In this document: positions 19,380 to 32,672 of the stretch, in pieces
How the letters are laid out: each line of letters opens with the position of its first letter
How positions within the stretch are numbered: position 1 is the stretch's first letter
Source of the DNA: an uncultured Chloroflexia bacterium
GTDB lineage: Bacteria > Chloroflexota > Limnocylindria > Limnocylindrales > CSP1-4
Reading direction: 5' to 3'
Assembly: GCA_963707215.1 (NCBI GenBank)
Contig: CAVPPB010000003.1
Location: forward strand, 416,001-480,000
Length of the DNA: 64,000 nt
Made by a program: the position numbers and the translations under genes
Notes under the pieces: generated by a model
Databases searched by the model: none
Seen by the model: only the letters and a program-made list of their open reading frames with translations
What the model was told of the DNA's origin: nothing

Positions 19380-20396
19380 TCAGGCGTCCCGGCGCACCAT
19401 CAGCAGCGTCGCACCGGACGGCAGGTCCAGCACGTCGGGCGCGGGGATCCCGGCATCGACGAACATCGCCTGGAGCTCCTCGATCGTCCGGAGCCGTGAG
19501 CCCTGGAAGAGCTCATCGAGCTGGATCCCGGACACCAGGCGCCCGTGGAGGGTCCGGTGCTCGTCAAGGTCGGACGGGGCGCACCAGTCGAGCACCAGCA
19601 ACCGGCCGCCCGGCGCGAGCGACGTCCAGCCGGCACGGAGCGCGCCGATCGCATCGTCGAGCTCGTGCAGGGCGTACTGGAAGTAGGCCAGGTCGAACGA
19701 CCCGACACTGCGATCGATCGCCGCGACATCGGCCTGCTCGATCCGGATCCGCTCACCCAGGCCGGCCTCCGCGACGCTGTGACGGGCTCGCTCGACGGAA
19801 TCGGCCTCGGATTCCACGCCCAGCCCGTGGATCCCGGGGAAGCGTCGAGCGACGGCGATGAGCCAGCGCCCGCCGCCGCAATGGATGTCGACGACGCGGG
19901 CACCGGCCGACAGCTCGGCCACCAGCTCCGGCAGCAGGCCGAGGGCCTCCTGGAAGAAGACGGCGATATCGAGGCGGGTGAGCCGTTCGATGGACGCCCG
20001 GTAGCGGTCCGGCCGGTCGCTCACGGCCACGCCGGTCCGGAAGACCTCCGTCATCCGGTCATGGTCCAGGCTGGCGACCACGGCGTGGAAGAGCTGGCCG
20101 CCGAGGTAGTCGGGATGATCCTCGTCGAGGAGGATCCGGGCGGTCGCCGCGTCGAGGCGCGTACGTTCGCCGTCGAAGGTCGCCACACCGTGGGCGTCGG
20201 CGGCGATCGTCCAGGCCCTGATGGCGTCGCGCGTGCAGGAGGCCGCGTCGGCGAGGTCGTCCGGGGTGATGCCCTGCGGCCCGGCGGTCCGGATCCGCTC
20301 GAGCAGACCGAGTTCGAGGCCGAGGTAGACGATCCAGGTCCGGTGGAACCCGGCCAGGGTCTCGAGCATCTCGTCGAAGCGTTCGTCGATGGCCAT
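19380..20396 (-). CDS. Class I SAM-dependent methyltransferase with N-terminal wHTH
   Basis: ELGLL..ITPDDLA, VVDIHCGGG, IEQAD, FDLAY..ALHE, LAPGGRLLVLD. Confidence 0.88.
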   Translation of the reverse strand: MAIDERFDEMLETLAGFHRTWIVYLGLELGLLERIRTAGPQGITPDDLADAASCTRDAIRAWTIAADAHGVATFDGERTRLDAATARILLDEDHPDYLGGQLFHAVVASLDHDRMTEVFRTGVAVSDRPDRYRASIERLTRLDIAVFFQEALGLLPELVAELSAGARVVDIHCGGGRWLIAVARRFPGIHGLGVESEADSVERARHSVAEAGLGERIRIEQADVAAIDRSVGSFDLAYFQYALHELDDAIGALRAGWTSLAPGGRLLVLDWCAPSDLDEHRTLHGRLVSGIQLDELFQGSRLRTIEELQAMFVDAGIPAPDVLDLPSGATLLMVRRDA

Positions 20397-20517
20397 CGGC
20401 GGCATCCTCGCACACCGGCCGGAGGCGCTGCCGGACCGGCGCGCCGTGCGACGGTCCGCCCGTGCCCGGCGAATCCGGTCCGGGGGCCTCGACGGCGAGC
20501 CGATCGCCACCGACCGT

Positions 20518-20543
20518 GCAACCATCCGCTCGGTGACCGTGTT
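20518..20543 (+). promoter_or_regulatory. Putative ECF-type autoregulatory promoter
   Basis: GCAAC-15 nt-CGTGTT (AAC...CGT pattern) just upstream of the ECF sigma start codon. Confidence 0.4.
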
Positions 20544-20553
20544 CAGACGATCG

Positions 20554-21135
20554 ATGGATGACACCGACCTCGCCGGCCGCCTGGCGGCCGATCCGGACAG
20601 CGCGTTCTCCGACCTGGTGGCCGGGCACCAGGACCGGCTCTATTCGATCGCCCTGCGACTCCTGGGCGATCCGGCCGATGCCGAGGAGGTCGCCCAGGAC
20701 GCCCTGGTCCGGGCCTACCGGGCGATCGCCGGCTACCCGGCCGAGCGCACTCGCGCACTGCGGCTCCGGCCCTGGCTGGCGGCGATCGCCGTCAACCAGG
20801 CTCGCAACCGGCGGCGCCGAAGTGACGAGCGACGTCCACCGATGCGGCTGGTGGTCGACGACGGCGAGGTCGTCGGGCGACGGGAGCGCGAGCCGTCCGC
20901 CGAGGCCGCGGCCATCGACCGAGCCGAGCGCGAGCGATGGGGCGCGCTGCTCGCGACCCTTCCCGATCGCTATCGGATCCCGCTCGTCCTGCGCTACGTG
21001 GACGACCTCACCTTCGCGGAGATGGCGGAGGCGCTCGACCGACCCGAGGGCACCCTGAAGGCCCAGGTCCATCGCGGCCTGGGCCGACTTCGCGATGCCT
21101 GGCTGGCCCAGGAGCGCCGAGAGGAGACGGCATGA
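20554..21135 (+). CDS. ECF RNA polymerase sigma factor
   Basis: Region 2 DAEEVAQDALVRAY, WLAAIAVNQARN; region 4 LPDRYR..LRYVDDLTFAEMAEAL..PEGTLKAQVHRG. Confidence 0.93.
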   Translation: MDDTDLAGRLAADPDSAFSDLVAGHQDRLYSIALRLLGDPADAEEVAQDALVRAYRAIAGYPAERTRALRLRPWLAAIAVNQARNRRRRSDERRPPMRLVVDDGEVVGRREREPSAEAAAIDRAERERWGALLATLPDRYRIPLVLRYVDDLTFAEMAEALDRPEGTLKAQVHRGLGRLRDAWLAQERREETA

Positions 21136-21960
21136 ACCGGACAGCGCGGTCCGCCCGGGCGGACCAGGATCAGGCCACCGGGCTGGCGGCGGTCGAAGAG
21201 ACCCTCCGCCACCTCCGGACCGATGCCCCGGCAAACCTCCTTCCACGGACCCTCGTGGAGGTCGGCCTGGCCGATGCGCACGACATCGTCGAGTCGCCGG
21301 CAGGCCCGGTCGTCGTGGCCTGGAACGGTCGGGGAGTCGCCATGGTGGACCTCCTGGGCGATGCCGAGACGTTCGAGCTCCACCACGCGGAGGTGACCGG
21401 ACGGCCGCTCGGGGCCGGGGCCCGACTCCCGGAACGCTGGCGCCGAGCGGTCGAGCGAAGGCTGGGCGGCGATCGTCGGGCGCGAGTGCCCCTCGATCTC
21501 CGGGGCCACACCGACTTCGAGCGGTCGGTCTGGGAGAAGGCCATGGAGATCCCGGTCGGCGAGGTCCGCCCGTACGGCTGGATCGCCGCCGAGATCGGTC
21601 GTCCTCGAAGCGGTACGGGCGGTCGGATCGGCGCTGGGGCACAACCCGGTCCCCCTGCTCGTTCCCTGCCACCGGGTCATCCGCAGCGACGGCACCATCG
21701 GCGAGTACTCGCTGGGCGGTCCACCCGTCAAGCGGCGACTCCTCTCGGCCGAGGGCGTCGACCTGGTCGAGCTCGCGGCCCTCGCCCACCGCGGCATCCG
21801 CTTCGTCGGCTCCGACACCACCCGGATCCTCTGCCTGCCGACCTGTCGCCACGCCCGCCGCATCTCGGCGGCCCATCGCGTCCCGTTCCGGACGATGCAC
21901 GATGGCACGGCAGCCGGCTACCGGGCCTGCCGCGACTGCCGACCGTCCGCCGCCGCCTGA
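21132..21960 (+). CDS. ogt: Methylated-DNA-protein-cysteine methyltransferase with C-terminal Ada Zn-binding domain (indel near 21605)
   Basis: FERSVW..IPVGEVRPYGWIA; after the shift NPVPLLVPCHRVIRSDG..GEYS, then TRILCLPTC...AGYRACRDCRP. Confidence 0.88.
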
Positions 21961-22018
21961 CCCGGGCCAGGGGCGTGTCCGTGAGCGCGTCTCCGGTCGG
22001 GGCGCTACACTCCGCACC

Positions 22019-24675
<2,657 letters not shown>

Positions 24676-24751
24676 TGGCTCGGCTCGGGGCGGAGCCCGG
24701 GACGGCGCCCGGGACGGCCGGCGGGCACGGATGACCGGGTCGCGGTAGGAC

Positions 24752-25495
24752 GTGCCGGCCGAGGTCGATCTCTACGCACCGGTCAAGGCCCTCCTCGAGG
24801 GTCAGGGCTACGACGTCAAAGGCGAGGTGCTGCGCTGTGACGTGGTGGGCGTCCGCGGTGACGAGCCACCCGTGGTCGTCGAGCTGAAGCGTCGCTTCAG
24901 CCTCGACCTGGTCCTCCAGGGCATCGATCGCCTGGCCCTGACGGACCGGGTCTACCTGGCCGTGGGCGACCGGCCGAGGCGGATCAGGGAGGTCCGCAGC
25001 CTCTGCCGCCGGCTCGGGCTGGGGCTGCTGGTGGTCGATCGCGATCGGGTCGAGGTCCTGCTCGACCCGCTGCCCTATCGGCCGCGCGGGAGCGCCAGGC
25101 GTCGGGCGCTCCTGCTGGGCGAGCACGCCCGCCGCATCGGCGACCCGAATCGGGGCGGGTCCACGCGCGTGAAGATCGTCACCGCGTATCGGCAGGAGGC
25201 ACTCCGCTGCGCCGCCCTGCTCCAGGAGAACGGGCCGATGACGGTCGGCGCGCTGCGTGCCCAGGGCGAGGCGCCGAACGCGGGGCGGATCCTCCAGCAG
25301 AACGTCTACGGCTGGTTCCAGCGGGTCGCCCGGGGCACCTATGCCCTGACGCCGGCAGGCAGCCTGGGCCTGGCGCGTTTCGGTGCGGGGTCGGCTCCGG
25401 CCGTCAGCCCGGCCGATCGAACCCCTGGGCCGGCCACGGCTCGCAGCGCAACGGCCGGTCCTCGCGGTAGCCGAGGGCGTAGTCGGCCTGGATGA
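24752..25495 (+). CDS. DUF2161 family putative PD-(D/E)XK protein
   Basis: E.DLYAPVK..L..QGY.VKGEV..CDVV, VVVELK, TAYRQEALRCA, NVYGWF.RV.RG.Y.LT. Confidence 0.85.
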   Translation: MPAEVDLYAPVKALLEGQGYDVKGEVLRCDVVGVRGDEPPVVVELKRRFSLDLVLQGIDRLALTDRVYLAVGDRPRRIREVRSLCRRLGLGLLVVDRDRVEVLLDPLPYRPRGSARRRALLLGEHARRIGDPNRGGSTRVKIVTAYRQEALRCAALLQENGPMTVGALRAQGEAPNAGRILQQNVYGWFQRVARGTYALTPAGSLGLARFGAGSAPAVSPADRTPGPATARSATAGPRGSRGRSRPG

Positions 25496-26616
25496 GCGTG
25501 TGGAGCTGGCTGGTGCCCTCGTAGATGACGGCGGCCTTGCTGTTGCGCAGGTAGCGCTCTACCGGGAACTCGTTGCTGTAGCCGTTGGCGCCGTGGATCT
25601 GGATCGCGTCGAGGGCGGCTTGGACCGAGTGGTCGGTCGCCCACCACTTCGCCGACGAGGTCTCGCGCGTGTTGCGGAGGCCCTGGTTCTTGAGCCACCC
25701 GGCTCGCCAGCACCAGCGAGCCGCCCGATCTCCGTCCCCCTGGCCATGGTGGCGATCATCTGCTTGACCAGCTGATGCCGGCCGATCTCCTCGCCGAAGG
25801 TCTGGCGCTCGTGGGCGTACTTGAGCGGAGGCGTCGAGGCAGGCCTGGGCCAGCCCCACCGCACCGGCCGCCACGGTGTAGCGGCCCTGGTCGATGGCGC
25901 TCATGGCGATGAGGAAGCCCTCGCCCTCCTCGCCGATCCGGTTCTGGACGGGCACGCGGACTCCGTCGAAGTTGATGCAGGCCGGTGTTGCCGGCGCGGA
26001 TCCCGAGCTTGCCGTGGAGCGTGCCGGTGGTCAGTCCCTCCATCCCCCGCTCGACGACGAAGGCGGTGATGCCCCGGTGCTTCTTCGTCCGGTCGACGGT
26101 GGCGAAGACCAGGAAGTGGTCTGCGAGATCGGCCAGGCTGATCCAGATCTTCTGGCCATTGAGCACGTAGCTGTCGCCGTCGCGGCGGGCGGTCGTCTGG
26201 AGGTTGGCGGCGTCCGTGCCCGACGCCCGGCTCGGTCAGCCCGAAGGTCGCCAGCTTCTCGCCCCTCGCCTGCGGCACGAGCCAGCGCTGGCGCTGCTCC
26301 TCGGTCCCCCACTGGAGGAGGGTCAGGGAGTTGAGCCCGACGTGGACGCTCTGGACGACCCGGAAGGCCGTGTCGGCTCGCTCGAGCTCCTCGCACAGGA
26401 TGGCGAAGCTGATGTAGTCCATGCCCGCGCCGCCGTAGCGCCTCGGGGATCGGGGCGCCGAGGAAACCCAGCTCGCCCATCTTCTCGAAGATCTCGCGGT
26501 GGACCTCGCCCTTCTCGTCCCAGCTCGCGGATGTGGGGCAGGATCTCCGCTTCCACGAACGCGCGGGCCGCGTCGCGGACCAGCTTGTTCTCGTCGGTCA
26601 GGCTGAAGTCGATCAC
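25404..26616 (-). CDS. Acyl-CoA dehydrogenase (multiple indels)
   Basis: MIDFSLTDE, MGELGFLG, FGLTEPG, LNGQKIWIS, HGKLGIRA, ERQTFG..IGRHQLV, AIQIHGANGYSNEFPVERYLRN, IYEGT across frames. Confidence 0.9.
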
Positions 26617-26801
26617 GGGTAGCTCCGGTTGCGGGTCGGTTCGCGAGAGGGGACGCTCCTATCGTAGGCCGCCGCCGCCGGGGACGTTCCGCGGGGTCGG
26701 CGCCGATCGGGGGCGCCGGCCGGCGGCGGCCTCGGTGCCGGGTGACGGCGGTATCCTCGGGGCGGCGTCACCGGACGGCGACGCACCCGCACGAGGTTCC
26801 G

Positions 26802-28160
26802 ATGGACACGTCGCCGATGCCGCCCACCCATACGCCAGCCGGGTCCGACGCGACCGGGCACGACCTGGCCCCGATGGCAGGCAACCTGACGCCCGTGCTG
26901 GGCCGCTACTTCGAGCGGTCATGGAGCCACGGCGAGGGACATCGCCTGTACGACACCTCGGGGCGCGCGTACCTCGACTTCGCCAACGGCATCGCGGTGA
27001 GCGTCCTGGGCCACGGCAACCCGCGAGTCGTCGCCGCGGTCCATGCCCAGGTGGACCGGTTGATGGGGCCGATGGGCGCCATGGGCTACGCCGAGCCGAC
27101 GGTCCGCCTGGCGCAGGAGCTGGCCGCCGAGCTGCCCGACCCGATCGACTCGGTCTTCTTCCTCAACTCCGGCAGCGAGGCCATCGAAGCGGCGCTCAAG
27201 CTGGCTCGCAGGGTCACCGGGCGGCCGGGCATCGTCGCCTTCCGGGGCGGCTTCCACGGGCGGACGCTGGGAGCGACGAGCATCACCAGCTCCAACCCCA
27301 ACTACCGGCGCGGCTACGAGCCGCTCCTGCCCGTCGTCCACCTCACCCAGTACCCGCGGGTGTATCGGGATTTCGGCGGCGACGAGGAACGCGCCGTGGA
27401 GATCGCCTTCCGCCACCTGCGCGAGCTCTTCCACTCGACGATCTCGCCCGAGGAGGTGGCCGCCATCGTCGTGGAGCCGGTCCAGGGAGAGGGCGGCTAC
27501 GTTCCTGCCCCGCCCGAGTTCCTCCGCATCCTGCGCCGGGTGTGCGACCGGCACGGGATCCTCCTGGTCATGGACGAGGTCCAGACCGGCTTCGGGCGGA
27601 CCGGCCGGATGTGGGGCTTCGAGCATGCCGGGATCGTCCCCGACATCGTGACCATGGCCAAGGCCATCGCCAACGGCCTGCCGCTCTCGGCCATGGCCAG
27701 CTCGCGTGCCCTGCAGGAGCGCTGGGGACGCGGCGCCCACGGCTCGACGTACGGCGGCAACCCGGTCGCTTGCGCGGCCGGGCTCGCCGTCCTTGCCGAG
27801 ATCCGCGAGCGCGATCTGGTGGCCAACGCCGCCGCCCGGGGAGCAGAGCTGACCGCCGGTCTCCGTGACCTCGCCTCGGCCGACCCGCGACTCGGCGACG
27901 TGCGCGGGCCCGGCCTGATGGTCGGCGTGGAGCTCGTCCGCGACCCCGCGAGCCGCGAGCCCGACGGGACGACCTGCGAGGCGGTCCTCCAGCGCTGCGC
28001 CGACGAGGGCCTGCTGCTGCTCTCCTGCGGCACCGAGCACAACGTCGTCCGCTGGATCGCCCCGCTCGACGTGACGAGCGAGGAGGTCGGCGAGGCGCTG
28101 GCGATCTTCCGGGGCGCCCTGGCGGCGACGCCCCGCGAGCTCGGCTTGGCCGGGAGCTAG
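26802..28160 (+). CDS. gabT: Class III aminotransferase, 4-aminobutyrate aminotransferase-like
   Basis: [60 protein letters not shown]. Confidence 0.8.
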   Translation: MDTSPMPPTHTPAGSDATGHDLAPMAGNLTPVLGRYFERSWSHGEGHRLYDTSGRAYLDFANGIAVSVLGHGNPRVVAAVHAQVDRLMGPMGAMGYAEPTVRLAQELAAELPDPIDSVFFLNSGSEAIEAALKLARRVTGRPGIVAFRGGFHGRTLGATSITSSNPNYRRGYEPLLPVVHLTQYPRVYRDFGGDEERAVEIAFRHLRELFHSTISPEEVAAIVVEPVQGEGGYVPAPPEFLRILRRVCDRHGILLVMDEVQTGFGRTGRMWGFEHAGIVPDIVTMAKAIANGLPLSAMASSRALQERWGRGAHGSTYGGNPVACAAGLAVLAEIRERDLVANAAARGAELTAGLRDLASADPRLGDVRGPGLMVGVELVRDPASREPDGTTCEAVLQRCADEGLLLLSCGTEHNVVRWIAPLDVTSEEVGEALAIFRGALAATPRELGLAGS

Positions 28161-29377
28161 GCCGGCGAGAGGATCGGCGCGATCCGCTCCATCGCCCAGT
28201 CGATCTCGTCCCGGGTGATGATCAGCGGCGGGGCGAAGCGGATCGTGTCGACGTGGGTCTCCTTGGCCAGGATCCCGTCACGCTGGAGCGCCTCGCAGAA
28301 GGGCCGCGCGCCGCCGACCTCCCCGTGGAGCTCGACGCCGATCAGCAGGCCCCGGCCGCGGACCTCCTTGACGAGCGGGCTGGCGAGCTCGCGAAGGCGG
28401 GTCATGAAGTACTCGCCCATGGACGCCGCGTTCTTGGCCAGATCCTCGTCCACCAGGACTCGCAGGGCGGCCCGGGCAACCGCGCAAGCCAGGGGGTTCC
28501 CACCGAACGTGCTGCCGTGGGTCCCGGCCGTGAAGAGACCCAGGATCTGCCGACTGGCCAGGACCGCCGAGACCGGGTAGAAGCCGCCCGATAGAGCCTT
28601 GCCGATCGTGACCATGTCGGGCCGGACGTCCTCGTGGTCGGTGGCGAACAGGCGGCCCGTGCGACCCAGGCCCGTCTGGATCTCGTCGGCGATCAGGAGC
28701 ACCCGGTGGCGCGAGCAGAGCTCGCGAACCCGCTGAAGGTAGCCCTCGGGCGGGACGATGACCCCGCCCTCGCCCTGGATCGGCTCGACGATGAAGGCCG
28801 CCGTCTCCGGCGTGATCGCCGCGTCCAGCGCCTCGACATCGCCGTACGGCACCAGGTCGAACCCGGGCGTGAGCGGACCGAAGCCTGCCCGGTAGAGCGG
28901 CTCGGAGCTGAAGCTGACGATGGAGATCGTCCGACCGGCGAAGTTGCCTTCGGCCGCGATGATGCGGGCCTGCCCCTCCGGCACGCCCTTGACCTCGTAG
29001 GCCCACTTCCGGGCCGCCTTGAGGGCGGTCTCGACCGCCTCCGCCCCGCTGTTCATCGGCAGGACCATCTCGTAGCCGGTCAGCTCGCAGAGCTCCCGGT
29101 AGTAGGGCCCCAGCTGGTCGTTGCGGAAGGCCCGACTGGTGAGCGGGAGGCGCCCGGCCTGCTCGACGAGCGCCTCGAGGATCCGGGGATGGGCATGGCC
29201 CTGGTTGACCGCGCTGTATGCACTCAGGCAGTCCAGGTACCGGTTGCCGTCCACGTCCCAGACCCAGACGCCCTCGCCGCGCGTCAGCACGACGTCGAGA
29301 GGGTGGTAGTTGGGAGCGCCGTAGCGGTCTTCGAGCTCGATCAGCTCGCGCGTGGACGATCGCTCGACGAGCGTCAT
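28157..29377 (-). CDS. rocD: Ornithine--oxo-acid aminotransferase
   Basis: [62 protein letters not shown]. Confidence 0.93.
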   Translation of the reverse strand: MTLVERSSTRELIELEDRYGAPNYHPLDVVLTRGEGVWVWDVDGNRYLDCLSAYSAVNQGHAHPRILEALVEQAGRLPLTSRAFRNDQLGPYYRELCELTGYEMVLPMNSGAEAVETALKAARKWAYEVKGVPEGQARIIAAEGNFAGRTISIVSFSSEPLYRAGFGPLTPGFDLVPYGDVEALDAAITPETAAFIVEPIQGEGGVIVPPEGYLQRVRELCSRHRVLLIADEIQTGLGRTGRLFATDHEDVRPDMVTIGKALSGGFYPVSAVLASRQILGLFTAGTHGSTFGGNPLACAVARAALRVLVDEDLAKNAASMGEYFMTRLRELASPLVKEVRGRGLLIGVELHGEVGGARPFCEALQRDGILAKETHVDTIRFAPPLIITRDEIDWAMERIAPILSPA

Positions 29378-29383
29378 GGGAGG

Positions 29384-30244
29384 TCACCGTGCACGTGCGT
29401 GGCTGCTCGTTTGGCACTCGGGAACAGCCGTACCGATGGCAGCGCGATGATAGCGCCGGGCGGTCCCGGACGCCGGGTCAGCCGCGGGAGGTCCCGATCG
29501 CGACGGTCCCCGCGCCATCTCGACCCGAGCCTTGACGCCCTTGAGCATCCCCACTTCCATGTAATGGTGGAGAAGCTCACCGGGTCCCCGGTCGATCAGC
29601 GCCGCGAGCGGCCACAGGATCGGCCAGAGGATGGGCACCCGACGGGCGAACGGCTCGCTCCAGCCGCCGCGAGTCCGGGCGATGAGGCGGGTCCGCGTGC
29701 TCCCGTCGAGTGGCTCGAGGATGAGTCGCTCGCCGGCCCACATGGCCCTGGGCGGATCGACGAGGATCACCGGGACCGTGTTGAACCGCGAATAGGGAAC
29801 GCGGTCGCCGACCGCCAGCGCCTGCCACTCGGGGTGGATCCGCGTCGAGGAGTGGCCGTCGGCGTAGGTGACGAACAGGAGCCGCTCGACCCACTCGTGC
29901 GTGTAGAAGCCCGCCCGTCCCGAGCCCATCTGCACCAGCCACGGCCAGACCTCGTCGGGCGGAGCCTCGATGGTGATCGCCCGGGTCGAGACCGGCCGGT
30001 CGCCCATCGGGTTGTCGATCTCGTCCCCCGGAAGGATCTTGCTGACCTCCTCGTCGGTCGCACCCCAGCGGCTCATCCGTGGCCGGAAGACGACGACGCA
30101 GAGCGCCGCCGCCGCGGCCACGATGAGCACCCTGGATCCGCGCGAGATGTCCGCCACCCTCGTCAAGTGCGTTGGATCCGACCGCGCCAACCGCGCAGCC
30201 CGTGATCGACGCCCCATCTTCGGGCTCGGGAGCGGGCCGGTCAA
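29384..30244 (-). CDS. SRPBCC-like hypothetical protein (both ends uncertain)
   Basis: [48 protein letters not shown]. Confidence 0.75.
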   Translation of the reverse strand: MTGPLPSPKMGRRSRAARLARSDPTHLTRVADISRGSRVLIVAAAAALCVVVFRPRMSRWGATDEEVSKILPGDEIDNPMGDRPVSTRAITIEAPPDEVWPWLVQMGSGRAGFYTHEWVERLLFVTYADGHSSTRIHPEWQALAVGDRVPYSRFNTVPVILVDPPRAMWAGERLILEPLDGSTRTRLIARTRGGWSEPFARRVPILWPILWPLAALIDRGPGELLHHYMEVGMLKGVKARVEMARGPSRSGPPAADPASGTARRYHRAAIGTAVPECQTSSHARAR

Positions 30245-30407
30245 CGGTATGACAGCTCACCGCGCGCGGGGGTCGCTGGGCCTCCTGCACCCGGCCCACC
30301 GACGGGGGGCCACGGGAGTTCCTTCCCCGGATCGGTCGCCGCGGCTCGACCCGGGCGTCGGGGGACATCCAGTGACGCCGTGCGAGCGGTCGGCACCCGG
30401 GCAGCAC

Positions 30408-30433
30408 GAAGCGCCCGCTCGTGCGGGCGCTTC
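30408..30433 (-). terminator. Hairpin downstream of the small HTH gene
   Basis: GAAGCGCCCGC-TCGT-GCGGGCGCTTC perfect 11-bp stem. Confidence 0.5.
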
Positions 30434-30484
30434 ACGGTCCCTGGCGAGCCAGGCAGGCGGCGCGCCGGGACGGCGCGGCCGGAC

Positions 30485-30697
30485 CTAGCGATTCCTGTGG
30501 AGGAACTCCATCACGTCGTCGAGGCGGAAGCGGCGATCGCCCCGCTTGCAGACGCGGTAGAACGGAAGCTCCCCTCGATCCCCGAGCCGCTTCACGGTGT
30601 TGACGTGGAGATGGAGCATCTCCGCGACCTCGCTGGCGGTGAGCATGGGGCCGAGCTCGTTGACGGCCATCGATGCCATGTGCCGGTCCTGCCTCAT
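30485..30697 (-). CDS. Small excisionase/BldC-like (HTH_17) DNA-binding protein
   Basis: [28 protein letters not shown]...RGDRRF. Confidence 0.88.
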   Translation of the reverse strand: MRQDRHMASMAVNELGPMLTASEVAEMLHLHVNTVKRLGDRGELPFYRVCKRGDRRFRLDDVMEFLHRNR

Positions 30698-30864
30698 GTG
30701 TGCGACCTAGCGTGGGTGCTGTGCATGCGGGTGGACCGGGGTACGGTCCGGCTCGCTGCGTGGCGGAGCGTAGGGGTGCGGACCACAGCCGGCCAAGACG
30801 ACCATGGTCCCGGGTCGCCTAGTACGGCCGCCGACCCACCGGATGATGGACGGGGGCCCTGCGC

Positions 30865-32292
30865 TCAGGCTCCGGGCGATCCCGCCTGGATCGAGACGGC
30901 AGCGGCCGCGTCCGATTCGACCACGATCGCCTGGCCCAGCGACCACAGGGTGAGTGCCGTCAGGGCCACCATGAGTACGGCGAGGGGGACCTGGCGGGCA
31001 CGGATCCTTCGGGCCGTCGCCGCGTCGTCGGCCGCGCCCCCTTCCTCGCGCATCGCGGCCTCGTGGCCGGCGTAGGCACCCAGCATGTGGCCGCCGACGA
31101 CGGCGAGCAGCTGGATCGTCCAGATGATCCCCGGCGGGATCGCCGCGATCGAGGGTTCGTAGAACGCGGTGCCGAAGAGGTCCCAGCCGAGCTGGAACGG
31201 ATCCGAGATGGCGATGACGATCCGCTGCCCGTCGACGAGCAGATAGGTCAGGTAGTGGGCCACCAGGTAGCCCACCGCGATCGGCAGCAGCCCGGCCCCC
31301 AGGGCCGACAGGCCAGCCAGGCGGCTGACGCCCAGGACGATCGATACGAGGATCCCCAGGAACGCGGCCAGGATGAGCGTGGCGGCCGGCAGGCCGGGCA
31401 GGCCGAACAGGTCGAACCAGACCTGGGTCTGGGAGAGGCCGTCATAGATGATCGAGCCGGTGGCGAGGGTCACCAGGACCACCAGGGCGCTCGACCAGGA
31501 CGGCGTCTCGAAGCCGGCGCCGAGTGGCTGCCGGCGCACCCGGCTGCCCCCGGGGTCGTCAGCGTCGAGAACGAAGGGCGCCAGCCGACCGAGCGTCCGG
31601 AACCAGACCGTGAAGGTCTCGCCGCGGGCTCGCCACTCGTCCCGCCCAAACTGGGCCATCGCCGCCAGGGTCAGCACGGTGTAGCCGACCATGATGGCGC
31701 CGAGGGTGGTCCCGCTCGAGGCCGCCGTGAAGACCAGCTCGAGCCAGACGAAGAAGGCGAAGCCGGCGACCGCCGGCCAGTGACCCAGGCCGGTCGGATA
31801 GGCTGCGACCCGCCATCCGCCGACACCGATCCGCCGGAGCGCCGCGGCTCCCAGGTCGTGGAGGGACGCGAAGGGGTCGAGCCACTCCCAAGCCGGCCCC
31901 AGGAAGGCCGAGACCATGGCCAGGCCGACCCACCCGAACACCCACAGGAAGAGCGAGGCCACGTCGGCGTCCCCCCCTCCACCGAGGATCGCCTGGGCGA
32001 CGATCCAGGCCCAGGCGATCAGCCCGACCGCGCGGAGCGGCAGGCGGACCCAGGTGGGCACGGGCCGGGCGGACCCGAGCGGGGGGACCGGCGCCGGGCG
32101 ATCGCGCAGCAGGACGAAGGCGAACGAGAGGCCCACCGCGATCGCGGCCCCGGCCACGTAGACGACCAGCGGCAGCGGCGACTCGTAGCGACCCACGAGG
32201 CTGTGGGCGAGCGCGGGCACGGGCAGGGCGAGGACGACCGCCAGCGTGGCCCCGGCCGCCGCCGCCCGTCGGAGCGCAACGCCGGAGGTCAC
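30865..32292 (-). CDS. Multi-pass membrane protein of the so-called fenitrothion hydrolase (FedB-like) family
   Basis: ALAHSLVGRYESPLPL..Y..GAA.AV..SF, W.WLDPF, LLPIAVGYLVAHY, SDPF..GWDLFGT, GHMLG...H; GTGA coupling. Confidence 0.75.
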   Translation of the reverse strand: MTSGVALRRAAAAGATLAVVLALPVPALAHSLVGRYESPLPLVVYVAGAAIAVGLSFAFVLLRDRPAPVPPLGSARPVPTWVRLPLRAVGLIAWAWIVAQAILGGGGDADVASLFLWVFGWVGLAMVSAFLGPAWEWLDPFASLHDLGAAALRRIGVGGWRVAAYPTGLGHWPAVAGFAFFVWLELVFTAASSGTTLGAIMVGYTVLTLAAMAQFGRDEWRARGETFTVWFRTLGRLAPFVLDADDPGGSRVRRQPLGAGFETPSWSSALVVLVTLATGSIIYDGLSQTQVWFDLFGLPGLPAATLILAAFLGILVSIVLGVSRLAGLSALGAGLLPIAVGYLVAHYLTYLLVDGQRIVIAISDPFQLGWDLFGTAFYEPSIAAIPPGIIWTIQLLAVVGGHMLGAYAGHEAAMREEGGAADDAATARRIRARQVPLAVLMVALTALTLWSLGQAIVVESDAAAAVSIQAGSPGA

Positions 32293-32672
32293 GGCTCGAC
32301 CCAAGGAGCGTCGACGATCCTGACGGCGACGTTGGATCCGTCCTCCAGCCGGTACGCGACGGCGACCGGCTGACCTGTCATGAAGTGGTCGTTCAAGTGG
32401 AGCGCGTCGAACCCCCCGGACGACGTGTCGAGCGCGCCGACCCGGAAGACGATCGTCTCGCCATCCTCCGTCCGGAGCGTGAAGCCGCCGATCTCGGCCG
32501 GCCCGATCGGCTCGACGGCGACGACGAGGCCCGAGGCAGAGCGCTCCCCCGCCCCGCAGCCGGCAATCATCAGGGCCACGGTCAGGGCGCCGATCGCGAT
32601 CCGGCGGGTGGCCGGCGGGCGCATCCCAGGCGCCCTGGTCTCGACATCGGCGTTGGTCGCGGTGCCGCTCAC
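32289..32672 (-). CDS. Hypothetical lipoprotein (beta-rich, HxxxH motif)
   Basis: Lipobox IAGC; G.VVAV...FTLRT.DG....F, LHLNDH, GQPV.VAY; GTGA-coupled on both sides. Confidence 0.7.
   Translation of the reverse strand: MSGTATNADVETRAPGMRPPATRRIAIGALTVALMIAGCGAGERSASGLVVAVEPIGPAEIGGFTLRTEDGETIVFRVGALDTSSGGFDALHLNDHFMTGQPVAVAYRLEDGSNVAVRIVDAPWVEP

Noticed and set aside
24752-25495. DUF2161 nuclease-like gene as restriction partner of the DNA methyltransferase
   Set aside because: 18 kb apart, and no evidence in the sequence links the two.
25700-26560. Fragmented acyl-CoA dehydrogenase as a pseudogene
   Set aside because: All motifs are present across frames without evident decay; same error pattern as elsewhere.
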